Assembly (NCBI GenBank): GCA_977016875.1
Contig: CDRNST010000250.1
Coordinates: forward strand, 930,001 to 994,000
Length of the DNA: 64,000 bases
Reading direction: 5' to 3'
Source of the DNA: Pavona decussata
Lineage: Eukaryota
Positions 1-11,699 of the stretch are shown piece by piece. The number at the start of each line of letters is the position of its first letter. Position 1 is the first letter of the stretch. Under the pieces are notes generated by a model. That model saw nothing but the letters and a program-made list of their open reading frames with translations, had not been told where the DNA came from and made no database searches. The position numbers and the translations under genes are program-made.

Positions 1-142
1 GAAAAGTAAACGTAAAAACAAAGTTCACGGCACGAAACGTTGTATGAGTTGTCAGCACTCGCGTCATTACCCTGCCAGATTTTCCTGTAACAGGGACACA
101 TAAACATATAAGGTGCGTAAAGGGTATATATATATATATATA

Positions 143-660
143 TGTACCTTTGTCAGATAGTTCAGTGAACCATTTTATACCCTCATCCCGTCGAGTACTA
201 GAGCAAATTTTCTTCATGTCCCTTGCCACCCTTTTGTACCCAAAGTGGAAAGCAATGGCGCATGTCACAACTACAAGCATCACAATTTGTGCATTGTTCT
301 TAAATAAATAGAACCACACATTGTTGGTTCATTCCTTCTTATAATCTTACCATGCCACGTATCATAAGAATTCTTTATGCCCCTTCCCTGAAACCAATTT
401 TTCAGTGCCGCAACACAGTCATGAGCCACCTCCCCAACACTATGACCTGAGTGAACAAAACAGAAAAATTTGGACCTTAAGACCTTAAGTCAAGTTTTTG
501 TCATAATTTTACAATAGCAGCACAACTTTAGATAAGACAAAGAGTGACAATATTTATAACCTTGACTTTCTAGATTTATCATCAGCTCCTTGGTAATAGC
601 AGTCGCAACTCATCCTTCACTATGTACTGACATTCACCAAGTGTATATTCCAAGTCAAAA
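143..660 (-). pseudogene. Degenerate exons of a KolobokP-like transposase, paralogous to 37466-41461
   Basis: Minus-strand exons translate to ..AITKELMINLESQG, GHSVGEVAHDCVAALK.WFQGRGIKNSYDTWH and VARDMKKICSSTRRDEGIKWFTELSDK. They match the exons at about 39160-39275, 38952-39049 and 38692-38785, with the same splice positions. Confidence 0.75.
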
Positions 661-1118
661 AATACACTGCTTAACCCAGAGTTCATGGGCAAAAATCTCA
701 ATTTTAACCATCCTCGTCAAATCCCAATTACATCCCCCCCCCCCCCCCCCCGGGCATAGGCAGCCATTGTCAACCAGTTAGGTGACACTGAAAACTGTAT
801 GTACTTTGTATCCCAATGAAGAGATGACCATATCATTACCTCACAAAAATGGCTGAAACTTATATTCCTTCCACAATATTTTAGACATGGGTGGATGATG
901 TAAACTGGTACTCTACCAGGTGAGATACTTTCATTACTTTCAATGCCTCTTTATCTGATGTTGTCGGATTCAGTTTGCAAACAGTGCTGCAGTGCCAAGA
1001 ATGTTGAATGATATGGTCTGTCCAATCCTTGATGTTTCCCATTCCTCTTTCCTGTCCTGTCTGATAAAAGAACGGGAAAAAAAACAGCAAATGAAATACT
1101 GGCCACAGCATTGTTAAG

Positions 1119-1554
1119 TAATGTACCACTCAAATTGAAGCTTCAACACCCCTCTCCCTCGGGCAAACTCTGGGCATTTGACTGTGCGTCGTGCCCAGGG
1201 AGGGGGGAATTTGAACGTTGCCTTGGAAGGGTAGGGAATTTGAACCAGATTTATCTCTTGTTCTAACGTAATATGCCTGTCAGTTTTTTTTGGTTCTTGC
1301 ACGGTTTGATTGATTTCCAAGATAGAATTTTGCCTTTGTTTGTGAATAATGCGTTCAAAACGGTCTTTAAATGAAGTTTGAAGGTGTCATTACAGTATAT
1401 CTTTCTCTGAAAAGCGTGAACAGTGAAGAAGACAAAGACTGAAGATGAAATTTGTCTTTCAGGAGAGGCATTTCAGTAAGTATTGGTTGGGCATTTGAAT
1501 GGCTTTTTTGCCTCGAGGGGTGGGAATTGGAACAAGCCAATCTTTTGGTACATT
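1119..1554. mobile_element. MITE with TAATGTACCA termini
   Basis: Termini read taatgtacca...tggtacatta. A related partial copy lies at about 42530-42690. Confidence 0.6.
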
Positions 1555-1697
1555 ATTGGAAAGTGTACATGGATTAATCAATGGCAGTTTACCATTTCAC
1601 TGGCATCAACAACTGTTGCATAATGATTGAGGGGGGTGGTGTGTTGGGCATTGTAGTAACTAAGATACCTTATACATGTATGTAATGCACACAGACA

Positions 1698-1780
1698 CTT
1701 GCCTTTCGTAAACATTTTCCGATGCTCTTCGATTAGTGCCAAACATCAAGGCTATGGAAGACATCCTTGAACTCATCAGC
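1698..1780 (-). pseudogene. Kolobok-type transposase exon remnant
   Basis: Translates to DEFKDVFHSLDVWH*SKSIGKCLRK, a DxWH motif with an internal stop. Confidence 0.4.
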
Positions 1781-3228
1781 TGTTGAAAGTTAAAGAACAT
1801 TTATTTCTTAAAAAAAGGAAATTTACAATTTGTATGTGTCGTGTCAATACTGTATAAAAATGTGCATGTTAATGTAGATGCATCTGGTTTTAGGTATAAT
1901 TTGTGTATATATGCACAAAAAGGTACAAAAGGTAAACCAACGTACACAACATATAATATCAAAGCATCGTCACTTGTTTGTGTCTTGATGATATAAGCTG
2001 CAAGTCTTAAAGTCTTGAAAACCTGGATTATCAAAAATTATAATAATGTTATAATTAATGTGGTCTAGTTAATTAATGGGAGTGTGGGGGGCGGGGGTTG
2101 TCAAGATGAGCTGTATGAAGTTGTTATTTTGAGATACAGTGCAGGTATTCTTACTAATATTAATTGTCTAAAGTTATTAACTTAAAGATGAATCTGATAA
2201 ACACCTTCACAAATTAAAATAATCTTTACAGTAATGGATTCCAATGTATGAAACAAATTAAATAAACTCAACAGTAATTATTACATGTTTTGTGTCAGTA
2301 TATAATTTACTGAGACCGGAGTTTGCTTGTTCTGCGAAAGTGATAATTTAAACAAAACCAAGAACAAGTGTGGGAGTCCTGCACCCCTATGATTAAGGAG
2401 AAGGGGAGTTATAACTGGGACAGCTTTTGTTTCTTTGAGGTGGGTCTACAAGACATTGCCTGTAAGGAAGCGTTACTTATAACCACAATTTGAAAGTACG
2501 TACAAATTAACGTTATTATACAGATGTCTTCATGACAAGAACAATCACATCTTAATAGACATTGAACTTGTGAGATATACATAAATAAAAGGGGGTATTT
2601 CCAAAGTAGTGCATATAATATTACCATCTTGATGGCGTACACCTGACCTCTGTGCTATGGCTGTCAACAGCCTCGCGTAGCAGCTGGAAGGAAAAAACAG
2701 TTTTGACTAACTTAAAACTATGTAAATGTTAAAATCTGTCTCTCACCCTCCACTCACATAAATGTGCCCTTAAATCAGGTTGAAGAATAGACAATTCAAT
2801 TCCACTTAAACTGGACCTGGTACATTAAAGGAGGTACATGCATGTACAGTGAAATTCTGCATACCTCAGGCAGTTTTGTTTGTCCCAAACTAAAAGGTCA
2901 TACAATTTTTAACGAACTTTTTTATGTCCCGAGTAACAAATCCTCCTACATTGCCAATCCTCCTTTACATACACTGTTTATCTATGCACTGTCTATTTTC
3001 ATTGTCGCGATTATGTACTAATTGTAGACATCATACTCTATGTTCAAATAATGTCATAGTTTTAGCTGAATGACAATTGATCGTGTTACCAAAAAAATGT
3101 AGCAAAATAAGCATGTTTGATCAGTTTGTCTTTGACTCGTTGTGTTTCTAGAACATAAAAATAATTTTTTAGGCCAAAACTATGATAAATGAGCCTAAGC
3201 TCATTTAACGCTCATTTAAGCTCATTAA

Positions 3229-6200
3229 GGGGGCCCTCTGGTTGAAAACCATCAATAAAATAGGTCATTACTAAAATAGTCATAGCATCCCCCCATTTGT
3301 GGTAGACTGCTGAAATTTGGTATGAAGCAAGTGTTTGACTCTATGTACCAACTTGTGAGTGAACTTGACCATATTTGTGTATTCTTAGTTAATTATTAAC
3401 AACAACAAAGATTATATCAATTTTCAAGCTGTCTTCTGCCCCCTCAAATAAAAAGAACAAAATACATCTAATTGAGCTGGTTTTAAGCCTTATTGATCTA
3501 ATTAAGAAACACTACAAACCTATTGAGCGAAATCGGGTTTCGACTATTTGTGTCACCATGGCAACCAAAGCACTTGAAATAAAAATCAACTTGTCAAATC
3601 TCCAGTTATTTTTAGTGAAATGGAATTTGGCTCAATAGGTTTATAGTATGTCATGTCAAAAATATTTGTGCCAAATTTGGTGATGTCTGCACAAATACAA
3701 CTTGAAAAATTTAAGGGGGCAGCCAAAAATGCACGAAAAATGCATATTTTCAGAAAATGCAATTTAAAGTAATTAATGCCTAGAAACATGACTTCAAGTT
3801 AGTTTTCCACAACAAAACACAATATGGTGGCAAAAATGTGTTGAAATGGATATGTTCAAAGTCTTGTCTTGTTCTACTTTGCCTTTTTCTTCCTTTTGGG
3901 TTCATTGCAGGGTCCAAGTTCATTGAAAGCCCCAGCTGCATACGTAACATCCTCGCGATGGATCCTTAGGTCTTCATCACGCTGTTTGGCTTGTCTCCGA
4001 GCAACTCTGTATTTCTTGTGCAAATCTTGCACTCTCTTCTCTGCCTGCTTTACTCTCTCTGAATCCCTTCTCCAAGCTTCTTTCTTGGCACTCTCACCCA
4101 CACTTAGCCCAACCTTGCCCATGATAGCATGCTTTGCGGAGGCACCACCACTGAAATGTAAGGCAGCTGAAGAAGCAGCCAACTGCACTCTCCTATTCCC
4201 ATGCCACTTGTGTTTTGGACATTTGTTCCAGACCAGTGAGTTGATGGACTCATTAGCATTCTGGGTATATCCAGGCAAACATCTGGCAAGCAGAGCAGAA
4301 TCTGTAAGCCGGTCATAAATCTTGATGAGATGTTCCTTGAACACGCTGTCAAGATGGTATGGCTTGTCGGGGCAAGGTAGCCCTTTCTTGTATTTACACC
4401 ATGAATTTGATGGACAATACTTGTGTCTTTCTTTATCTGGCAGTTTTAGGCAGTGAAACAATCCTGCAAGAATTGCAGTCTTCATAAGTTGCACAGCCTG
4501 GTCCCTCTCTTCAGTAGTTGTGATGTCTTTCTTTACATCGTTGCGAATTGCCTTGCCATAATACTTTTTCAGTTTTTCTATGGCAGCCTTCGTCAGTCTT
4601 CCATTCCTCCCCTTCATTGGCTTTCCATCATCTAATTTGACTGAGGATTTTTGAAACTCATACAGAGCTTTTCCAAGCCTCTTTTGGACATGGCCAATAC
4701 AGTCAAGTTTCATGACCCTGTCACAACCTGCAGTTCCAGCCAGATGATCCTCTTCCCACTTCTTGAAATTCTCTGAACTTTTCCAGTTGACATATTCTTT
4801 GTCAGTACTTTGGAGGTTTTCATAATGGTGGCAAGTGTCACAGGCACCATAAATGCTCCAAACTGCATTATAGGCCTTTGAGTCTCCATCCGAAATCATC
4901 CATGTGTATCTGATGAAATCACACTCACTTCTTCCCCACAGCCTTTTCGCACATTCCATCTCCATACTTGGGCTGGATCCTTTGTAAGAGCCTTTACACT
5001 GATGGGTCTGGAACCAATCTTCAAATTGCTCTTCAGTCAAACTTGCTTTCTTTTGTACACACAAGCCACAGGTTTTGGAAATAACTGCCAGGTCAAGTAC
5101 CTTGCCAGTTGCAGCCGAAATAACAAATCCAACACAATGATTGGCAGTGTAACCTCGTTTTGACCATGAGCCATCAAAACTTACTGGAATACTAATTACT
5201 GTTTGGTCATCAGCATCAGTGATGCCTTCTTCTTCTATTGCCTGCTTTCTTGCCTCAGCTTTGTTTAGCGCTAATTGTTCCTGTACTACCTCCTCGTGAG
5301 CCTTGCTTAGTGCCTCTTCATGGTCATACCAGGTTGAAAGTGACATACTGAATGGCATGTTGAGCATTTCACACAGTTTAGAAATACCTTCTTTTCCAAC
5401 TCCCATCTCAAAAGCACCATAAACTATCCGCCTATTCAAATCTTTGCCTTGAATTGTCCTTGGGATGGTGTCGTTGGAGGGATGATCACCAGTGCCGAGG
5501 AACTCTGTCATGCCACAGTCACACTTGACAAAGATTGAGCTGCTCATCCCCATTCTGTTCACTGTGCTATCTAATACTTCAATTTCACCTACAAGGTAAA
5601 TTAAAGGAGATAATTTATCATTTTCTTGTTTAAACCTTCATAATTAGTGGATTACAAATTCATTTTCACGTTTTGCTTCCTAACTATAACATTATGTAGA
5701 AATTTCTACAAGCTCACCTGAGGCACATGGTGTATGAGTGTGAATTCTCTTCACAAATTTTCTTAAACTTTCCATCGATACCAGGCGATATCCTTGAGCA
5801 GTTTCTAAGTCCTCTAGTATACTTTCATGCGAGGAAGAGGCATCAGCTACACAAGCGCCAAGTTTTAGAGAAGAAGCCGGCACTGTTGGTGGTGGAATCA
5901 TTTCGCTCACCACATCATCTTCACCAACAAACGTGATGTTCACATTTCGCTCTCTCGTAGCGTTTCTCGCTGTTTTTGCTTGTTTTTGAACACCTTTAAA
6001 TCCTTTTCGCCTCTTTGGTTTACCTTTCTTCAAAACAGACTGTTTTTTCCCTAGCTTCGGCATAATTTACCTGGTTTTGAACGACATAAAATACTGTATA
6101 TAAACTGTAAACTGACACACGCGAGTGGAAAATGGCGACCTTGTTTGAGATTGCTAGTGCTTTGCATCCAGGCCTCCAAAATGACATCCAGGAATCTGGA

Positions 6201-6479
6201 ATGAACTACAGGATGTAGGGGACCTCAGGACTATGGAATTGAGTGTTGCTTTTACATTTTAAGACTAGAAGATTGGGGAAAAAGCTATTGTTTACAATAG
6301 GTTACCATGGCAACGGAAAAACAAACTTCAAAACAACTGCGTTTTTTACTCCGCAAGAGAATTTATGTAAAAATAAAAAGCATATTCCAAATCTAAATAG
6401 ATTTAGTAGATATTACTCTAAAAAAAAAAAAATTCTCAAAAATTTTTCAAATTTTCGAAATTTCAACCAGAGGGCCCCC
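3229..6479 (-). mobile_element. Full-length Kolobok DNA transposon
   Basis: Perfect 19-bp TIR GGGGGCCCTCTGGTTGAAA (3229-3247 and 6461-6479). TTAA flanks both ends (3225-3228 and 6480-6483). It encloses an intact transposase. Confidence 0.9.
3874..6063 (-). CDS. Kolobok-type DDE transposase (often labelled Mutator-like); 2 exons 6063-5718 and 5588-3874, about 686 aa
   Basis: A GT-AG intron joins the two ORFs in frame. Motifs: SFDGSWSKRG, SDGDSK, DCIGHVQKR, HxxCP..SWC, TQNANESINS..W..CPK. Basic NLS-like C-terminus PKRKKKAK. Confidence 0.88.
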
Positions 6480-6999
6480 TTAAAGCTTATTTAACGAATT
6501 AAATAGCATTTTTTTTAATGTAGAAAAAAAAAACACGTATCCAACTGTCCATAACATTTTTCTTGTAAGCCCGCTTAATCTATGGACACCCAGATAATAT
6601 GGACACTTTGGCATGTTGCCTCTGTCAGTGTCCACATTCCACTGTACGTCAATCTCTTGTCTTAATCGATCCTTTGTGGCCTACTGTACCTCCTGTTGTT
6701 TGTTTGTTTGTTTTTGTTTTTTTGTGCATTTCAGGATTTGATTTTCTAAAAAAATCACAAAATTGACAAACTGTCTTGTTGACATTGACACATAAATTCG
6801 GTAATATTTTAAACTGACTTACCTCCAGTTTGCGTTGGAGTTTGTGTCAAATCCACCTGTGTATATGTAGCAGTCGACTGGGTTGATGTTGTTGTTGATG
6901 TGGATTGAGTTCCTACTGTATTGTAAAGAAAAACAAATTAGTTAATTGAATTACCACATTCACCTTTGAAATGCTCTGAACCACCCCTGTGGAGCATTA

Positions 7000-7260
7000 G
7001 GGTGCTTACCATTTACATGGAAAACCTGGAAATTCCAGTTGAAAAATCAAAAAGCACAAAACGTCATTCCATTTGGAGTGCTTCTGAAAATATGGGTTTC
7101 TGGTCAAAGTGATGCATTTCTGTTACCTCCTTTTGGGATTTCAACTGATGTTCATACATGTTACATGTTATCCATCTTCTGTTAAGGCAAGCTAAATATT
7201 CCATTTCGTATTTATGCCAAAAATTTCCATCTGGGTGATTTGCACAAATGGTAAGCACCC
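7000..7260. mobile_element. PIF/Harbinger-type MITE
   Basis: 15-bp TIR GGGTGCTTACCATTT with a 3-bp TTA duplication on both sides. Confidence 0.85.
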
Positions 7261-8813
7261 TTAGTCCTTGTTTCACTTGCAACAACGATAACCTTTTACC
7301 AAAAAGGCATCTGCCAATTAATTATTCAATGAGTTGGAGGAAAATGGAAGTTGTGGTACAAGTTTGAAATTATGTTGGTAGTTTTAGATATGGATCTCTT
7401 GGCCTAAACCCTGACATTTCGAAATACCTGAATAAAAATAAATTTTTTTCTTGTTTGCTGAGGAATAATTTTCCAACAGCTCCTCCCCACTCATCAGCCC
7501 TTTCTTTATGGTGGCCATAGAATGCCCTCTTTCGTAGGACTTGATGAAAGTCAAGCTGTAAAAATAAAAGTAAACTGATTTACAAGTAACCGTCCACATT
7601 TTAAAGGTCGAATGAAGAAAGATCATCATGTCTTAATTATTTAGGAATGCACTTGAATAAAATAAGCTTATTTTAAAGTTAAGCTTGTGTCTAATACACA
7701 AGCTGTTAACATGTTGTTATCCATCCTGCAAACCACAGCTGCATCCCATTTGCAGTTTTACTGCCAGCTTTTTCTAGTTATCAGCAGTAACACTGATCGA
7801 ATCCAACCACAAGAATTTCCAACATTCGAACATGTTTGCAAGATCGTAGATATCAATGGAAGGATCAGTTCCTTGACTACATTATTCATTCACAAATTCG
7901 ACTCTAGAATCAACTGTTGTCATGTGACTTTTCCCGCGCTCGTCACAGGTCACGCTCAGTTTTCTCTCTTTTTTAATTGCTTCACTTCCGGACAATGACG
8001 ACAATTATTGATCCTTATTTCGGCGAATAATTGTTACTTGTCCGACGTAATGAATTTGTAACCTTAGGTATGCTGGTTACCAGATTAGAGTCTTTACCCC
8101 GTTGTGCACCAGAAGTAACCGCGCTCAGTAAAAAATTTATCATTTGTCTGAGCAAAAACATTCGCATTCCAGAAAAGAAAAAATCGCTTATTGGCCGGGT
8201 TCGAAGCTCCCGAAGCTTGATTGATATACTTGTTTCACTCACATAGCATGTCTTTCCTATTATTTCACAAGCCAAACATACCTAATTAACATATTCCAAT
8301 AAACCGGGATTGTTAAGTAAAAGCTATTTAAGGCTTACCTTGTAAGGGAGATTCCAAGTAATGTTGGAAAATGTGCGAGTAACAATCTCCCCATGTCAGC
8401 AGCAGAGTGGTTTTTCGTAAAACATATTTCGGCGATCCTTCCGTTCGCCTTCAATGATTCCATCTTTTGCCAGATGGTGCTTTCATAAGTTGTCTATCTG
8501 AATAAATAAACGTCCTCTTGAAGGCCCACCTACTATGTTGTACGTTTTGCTTGTCTGCGTCCTTGTTCACTGCTGACATGGTTGTTTCGACCTACCAACT
8601 ACGGTTCAAAGCGTAACGTGGTAGATGCGAAGTGAAAGGACCCAAACACGATACGCCAAAAATACGGCAAAATGAGCCAATCATAAAGTGACAAGTAATC
8701 AAGTAATTATATTTTTTGTAATATCCGTGGTTATATTTGCGAGGTGAAAGCCGTTTTTAAAAACTTCAAATCCATTTGTAAATTGAAGAAAGAGTTTTGA
8801 TCCTCTCTTCACC

Positions 8814-8875
<62 letters not shown>
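8814..8875. repeat. (AAT)n microsatellite
   Basis: About 20 perfect AAT units. Confidence 0.95.
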
Positions 8876-8880
<5 letters not shown>

Positions 8881-9335
8881 CCACAACGCGTGTGTTTACA
8901 CGTAGTCAATTATCAAATTATATGAATCGTGTTGAGAATAAATCAGTCTCCCAGAACGGAAATAGGATCACGTGATTACACGTTCGCAGGGTAATTGTTT
9001 GTCAGCGTTTTCGTGGACGATGTGAAAACATAAAAAAAAGTTCTTGATACTATTATTAATAATTTTTGAAATGTTTATTACAATAGCGAAAAAAGGCAAT
9101 ATCCCAGACCGGGATCCAATAGCAGCTGAGTTTCTTTGCAATTTGACGCCAATTTTCTCACCCCAGGTGTCTCACCTCCAATGAACTAATCACTGTAAGG
9201 GTTTCGTATATCACTGAGGCTAATAAAACAGCACTGCAGTTTTTCCCGTGGCGCATGTTTATAACGAATAATCTTCCTTCATTCTTGGGGCGCTAGAATT
9301 ACTCTTCTCTTTCTCTTCTCCTCTCTTGTTTTATC

Positions 9336-10005
9336 ATGTCCCACTTCAAGTTCACCGAAAAGACGGACAAAAGTTTGGACTGCAGTATCTGGTGAGAGTG
9401 TTTGATTTGACACGATGAGCTAACATACTATGGTTTAAGAAAAACAAATACTTTTTAATGTTTGTCACGGTCCCCACAGTCAATAATTTCTTTTTACCTG
9501 TTTTTATACTATATTATGCTTTATATTTGCAGTTGTTCAACTATGCTCAGACAAGTCACACTCTTATGCGGGCATTCAAGTTGCCAGGGATGCTTGGCCA
9601 ATTTGGTGAAGAAGTCAAAGCCTAAACCTTGTTGCCCGCTGTGTAGAACAGCATTTGCGAGTGATGTGACCCGTAACGTCAACATCGTGTCAAACAACCT
9701 GATGTGCAAACTGGGTTTCGCATGTACCAATTTGGGCTGTTCGTGGACAGGCAAATATGAAAACACAGAGGACCACTCGAAACATTGTCCAAAACAGAAG
9801 GTCAACTGTGTTAACAAAGGCTGCCAACAAGTGCTAACCCAGGAGGATGTGGAATTGCACAGCCGGTCCTGCAGTAAACAAACGATTTACAGTACAAAAT
9901 GCGAAATGCTTACGACAAGAGAAGGTTCGCCCCACCACGTAGAAACCCTGTGCTTGTTCAAGATAATTTCTTGTCCGCTCGGCTGCAGAGAGAATTTACC
10001 GAGGT
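9336..10005 (+). pseudogene. RING finger + TRAF-type zinc finger gene, 3' truncated
   Basis: Exon 1 MSHFKFTEKTDKSLDCSI|gtgaga. Exon 2 (from about 9533) has C..LCGHSSCQGC..CPLCR (C3HC4 RING), then CTNLGCSWTG..H..HCP..VNCVNKGC TRAF fingers. No MATH domain is seen, and the gene abuts a transposase fragment. Confidence 0.7.
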
Positions 10006-10070
10006 GTTGCTGGCACAGACATGTGTGGATTCGAGCTTAACAATGTCAGTATGATATATTTCGGCCATCT

Positions 10071-11671
10071 TTACACAAAGGCCGTTTTCCCAACACTTAT
10101 ATTAGGATTTTCTTCCTTGAACTTGGAATGCAGATTATGAATGTAGTCATTCAGGTAGTGTTTCTGTACCTTTTCGCGATTACAATTTACGAAGTCATCT
10201 TTCCCTGGCATAACGGGAGAGTTGTCTCCCCTTCTTAAAAATGCAACTATGGCGTCCATCAGTTTCTTTGACTCTTCTGGAATGCACCTTCTGGATGAAT
10301 ACGACAGCTTTTTATTCACCTTGGATAGCAAATCTCTGCTGATCCCTGTTGACTTATTAACAAAACGAAGACAATGGTATTTCTTTAGGGTTCCACCACC
10401 AGATACAACACTGGCTGTAAGCCAAGTGTTACTTTTGTGTGGTCCCTTCTGCAAAGTCTGCTTAACCTTGTCTGAAATGGCTTGAGCGAAAATCAGTTTC
10501 TTTTGAATAGTGCGTGGCACTGTTTGTGGCCTTCCTGCCTTCCTCAGTGTTGAGTTTGCATTGCTGTGCGGTGTTTTTGGAGACTTTTCTTGGGTGGTGG
10601 ATTTTGGTTTCTCCTTGGACTTTCGCTCAATTTTAGCGTATTTTCCTCTTCCTGGTTAGAAAGTCCATCCATGTCGCCGGTTGTTGTTTTGCTTCTTCCT
10701 TTCCATGGTCACAGAACTTGATTTCAAGCAGCAAAAAGCTCTTTTTTCCAGTTCAACATGAGGAAGAAAATAGTGAAAGCTGATAGAACTCAATATGGAA
10801 CATTGTTATAGAGGTTGCAAAAACTGCGTAACAACTTTGCAGCGTCATAACTTGCCACAACTGTTTAGACTTTCTCCAACAACAAATAACTGAAGTTTAG
10901 ACAGTTTTCGGGTACTATTTGAACCATATCATACTGGCAAAAGTGACAGAAAGCTGCTGAGAAAAAATTCACTAAACTTACATGTCTGAGGGCATATCCG
11001 TAAAGTGTAAGCTTTTTTCATTCATTCAACTGTAGCAACACACGCAGCGCCACCATTTTTTGCGCCTTTTTGACTTTACTATGAGAGTCATGTGATGAAT
11101 TAATGTAATGCTTTTTTTCCGACTTTCCCCGTCTTCTTTCAATTGTTACTTTTTCGCTGTGAGAGTCCTAAATTCCTTAAATGTGGACATCATGGAGATA
11201 TTCTCTAGCAGAATTTTAAAATTTGGAAGCCATTTTGAACGGGTGGAAAAAATTCAATTTCTCCACGCGTGCACGCACCCACGTATGGGTATTGTTTCGC
11301 TGCCATGATTTTGCTAACAAAAGGACTAATTTGAAGTTTAGAGCTCATAATATGCGAAAATAATAATAATGACCTAAAAGACCATGACCTAGTCGCTTTT
11401 ACTTTAAGATTGTCCACTTGCAAGCTGCCATATAGCCTCCATACGTCAACTTTTGTGGGCAAGTTTCCCACTAACTTGAGCGAGGGTTTTATTTGCAAAT
11501 TCGCTATTGACAACAAAATTAAAAATAATGAATATGTTATGTTTAGTGTGTTCCAAGCTTGAAGATAGAATAAAAGACTCGCTTATATCAAGCATACAGT
11601 TCTCAAGTGGACTCCACCGTCCTTTGATGTTTTCAGTGTTGTTTTCTCTCAAATATTAAGTTCCGCGACTC
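10071..11671 (-). mobile_element. Truncated Sola2-like element: 5' region and N-terminal transposase fragment (10071 to about 10720)
   Basis: FLRRGDNSPVMPGKDD..QKHYLND..NLHSKFKEENPNISVGKTAF resembles the pre-catalytic region of Sola2 transposases. Possible GAG terminus at 11671. The catalytic core is absent. Confidence 0.5.
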
Positions 11672-11699
11672 CTTTTAAGAGAAGGTGGTGTAGAGAGTA

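Larger units (their letters stand above)
2847..6644. mobile_element. Tc1/mariner-type MITE split by the Kolobok insertion
   Basis: TA|CAGTGAAA at 2845-2854 and TTCCACTG|TA at 6637-6646. Confidence 0.45.

Noticed and set aside
7700-8580. Minus-strand coding-like remnants
   Set aside because: Interrupted by stops and cannot be assigned to a family by eye.
8699-8884. Poly-Leu ORF resembling a signal peptide
   Set aside because: It is the translation of the (AAT)n microsatellite.
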